Shown: positions 62,580 to 64,000 of the stretch, in pieces
Position numbering within the stretch: the first letter of the stretch is position 1
Layout: each line of letters starts with the position of its first letter
Source of the DNA: a virus
Lineage: Duplodnaviria > Caudoviricetes
Length of the DNA stretch: 64,000 bases
Direction: 5' to 3' (one strand)
Virus record (IMG/VR): IMGVR_UViG_3300029305_003710
Coordinates: 20,153-84,152 of that record
Notes under the pieces: model-generated
The model's input: only the letters and a program-made list of their open reading frames with translations
Databases searched by the model: none
Told to the model about the DNA's origin: nothing
Program-made: the position numbers and the translations under genes

Positions 62580-63810
62580 GTCAACTACCCCTAGCTAAAG
62601 CAAGGGGCTTGGTACGAACACCCGACTAGTGCCAGATTTTTTAGAACCCTATCCCCGTAGTTGCTACGGTTAAGTCCTTCTCGAAGAATGTTTATTGCCG
62701 CATTTTGGTCACGGTCTATTTCTAGCCCACAATACTCGCAATGATAACTTCTTTCCGATAAAGACAAATTATCTTTTATTTTTCCACAGTGGGAACAGGT
62801 CTTAGAGCTGGGGAACCATTTGTCAATCTTCACTAGGTATTTACCTCTATCGGCGAGTTTATAGGCGAGAAAAGAAATAAACATCCCCCACCCATTATCG
62901 TTAGTGGACTTGCCTAATTTCAATGACTGACTCATAGCTTGCATATTCAAATCCTCGATGCACACAATATCATACTGTTTGGCTATCGCAGTGCTGAGAT
63001 TATGTAGAAAGTTTTTGCGTTGGTTTGCAATCTTTCTATGCAATCGAGCGACGACTATGCGTTGCCTGTTTCTATTTCGACCTCCCTTCGTTCTCTTTGA
63101 GAGAATTCGTTGGGCTTTTGCTAATTTAGCTTCGGATTCTCGGAAATATCTTGGATAATTAGCAGAAAAACCAAGATTATCAACGAATAGGGATTTACTA
63201 GAATAATCCAAGCCAATAGCCGATTGAGGTTTAGCTGGAGTCGGATTATGCTCATATTCAACTAAAATGCTTACAAAATACTTTCCATCGAGGTCTTGGG
63301 AGATAGTGGCAGATTTTATCTTCCCGACCACCTCTCGATGTTTTATCATTTTGACTAGACCAATTTTCGGAAGTTTTATGTAATTATCTATTATAGCTAG
63401 ATAATTGGTAGTATAGCTTTTTCTAGATTTATGTTTTGATTTATATTTTGGAAACCCAACCTTTTTCTGAGTGAAAAAATTACGGAAAGCTTGTCCAAGA
63501 TTCATTTGCACATTACATAAAGCCCAACTATCCACTTCTCGTAGCCAAGGAAACTCTGTTTTGTATTGAGCCGGGGTATTTTTTAGAGTTGTTTTGGTTT
63601 TTTCATAATAAGCGATTTTGTCACTGAGCATTTTATTCCAGATGAATCTAGAACAGCCAAAGTTTTGCTGGAAAAAGCTCTCTTGTGCAGAGGTAGGGAG
63701 TAGTCTAAACTTATATGCTCGATTAGCCATATCTATATTATAATATATTTCTAACAAAAATACAAGCGCAATTCCTCCCCCACTTGAAAGTAGGGGATTC
63801 CTTGCTCAAC
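62580..63810 (-). mobile_element. TnpB-only IS200/IS605 (IS1341-like) element; left boundary approximate
   Basis: Subterminal hairpins at 62586-62608 and ~63776-63800; right end ...GGGGTAGTTGAC at 62580; no tnpA. Confidence 0.75.
62591..63730 (-). CDS. tnpB: RNA-guided endonuclease TnpB
   Basis: RAYKFRL.PT, GLD (RuvC-I), IEDLN (RuvC-II), SSKTCSHCG zinc finger, DRDQNAAINI (RuvC-III); leaderless promoter TTGTAT-17-TATAAT puts the start at 63730. Confidence 0.93.
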   Translation of the reverse strand: MANRAYKFRLLPTSAQESFFQQNFGCSRFIWNKMLSDKIAYYEKTKTTLKNTPAQYKTEFPWLREVDSWALCNVQMNLGQAFRNFFTQKKVGFPKYKSKHKSRKSYTTNYLAIIDNYIKLPKIGLVKMIKHREVVGKIKSATISQDLDGKYFVSILVEYEHNPTPAKPQSAIGLDYSSKSLFVDNLGFSANYPRYFRESEAKLAKAQRILSKRTKGGRNRNRQRIVVARLHRKIANQRKNFLHNLSTAIAKQYDIVCIEDLNMQAMSQSLKLGKSTNDNGWGMFISFLAYKLADRGKYLVKIDKWFPSSKTCSHCGKIKDNLSLSERSYHCEYCGLEIDRDQNAAINILREGLNRSNYGDRVLKNLALVGCSYQAPCFS

Positions 63811-64000
63811 CCATTGAAGCGGATTTTACGAGTTGAGATTTATCTTCCATTTAGACCTCCTTTTCCTCTGTCATAAAGGAAAAATCTGTCAAAATCAAGG
63901 CAGGTTTTGGCGCAAAATGATGGTAAAATAATAATTAAAAAGTGTCCCCAGGAAAGGAGTCTGGGGACGGGGAGGTAAATGCACCTCCAGTATAGCAAGT

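Noticed and set aside
63813-63857. Minus-strand mini-ORF MEDKSQLVKSASMG* as a gene disrupted by the TnpB element
   Set aside because: It has a good SD, but no tested junction with the right flank restored a convincing longer ORF, and the left end is not defined.
1-64000. CRISPR array, diversity-generating retroelement, integrase or rRNA
   Set aside because: I saw no regularly spaced direct repeats, no reverse transcriptase motifs, no tyrosine/serine recombinase and no rRNA-like sequence.
1-64000. Genome-wide stop-codon reassignment (TAG=Gln or TGA=Gly/Trp)
   Set aside because: Long genes are intact under code 11, and several genes end at TAG or TGA exactly where the next gene or a family C-terminus lies. 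Only one suspicious TAG (24628) was seen.
1-64000. Assigning the host (e.g. Saccharibacteria/CPR or Firmicutes)
   Set aside because: Leaderless and extended -10 promoters and the CHAP lysin are suggestive only. Spacer matches or protein taxonomy searches are required.

Overview
This window is a ~64 kb stretch of a tailed dsDNA phage genome with siphovirus-type morphogenesis genes. No integrase or host housekeeping block is visible, so the host cannot be assigned from sequence alone. In order it contains: (1) a 7-deazaguanine DNA-modification cluster (YhhQ/VUT transporter, QueF-like T-fold protein, DpdA-type transglycosylase, ParB-domain protein, QueC with an Ala1 LAGLIDADG intein); (2) many small early genes; (3) TerS and an intein-containing TerL; (4) an accessory block with divergent GNAT/ASCH genes, small membrane proteins, a group I intron with HNH ORF splitting a miniature NrdD C-terminal-like gene, NinG and a GIY-YIG nuclease; (5) portal, a 2H-phosphoesterase/MuF head protein apparently joined to the portal by a -1 frameshift, fibre-like virion proteins, a protease-scaffold-capsid polyprotein, connectors, tail tube, chaperones, tape measure, Dit, hub/adhesin and a holin-CHAP fusion; (6) a leftward RNA-metabolism block with two metallophosphoesterases, an HNH-fused T4-Rnl1-like RNA ligase and a DUF2828 (TROVE/Ro60-like vWA) gene; (7) YqaJ exonuclease, Sak/Rad52 annealase and a TnpB-only IS200/IS605 element. 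The most unusual signal lies just upstream of the DUF2828 gene. Two RNAs share a stem-ACAGCAA scaffold: one carries a complete but circularly permuted tRNA-Ile(GAU), the other a tRNA-like body lacking an acceptor stem, and both sit next to the RNA ligase. About a dozen promoter-short RNA-terminator cassettes and a frame-independent dispersed DNA motif also stand out. All family assignments come from motif recognition by eye, not from database searches.
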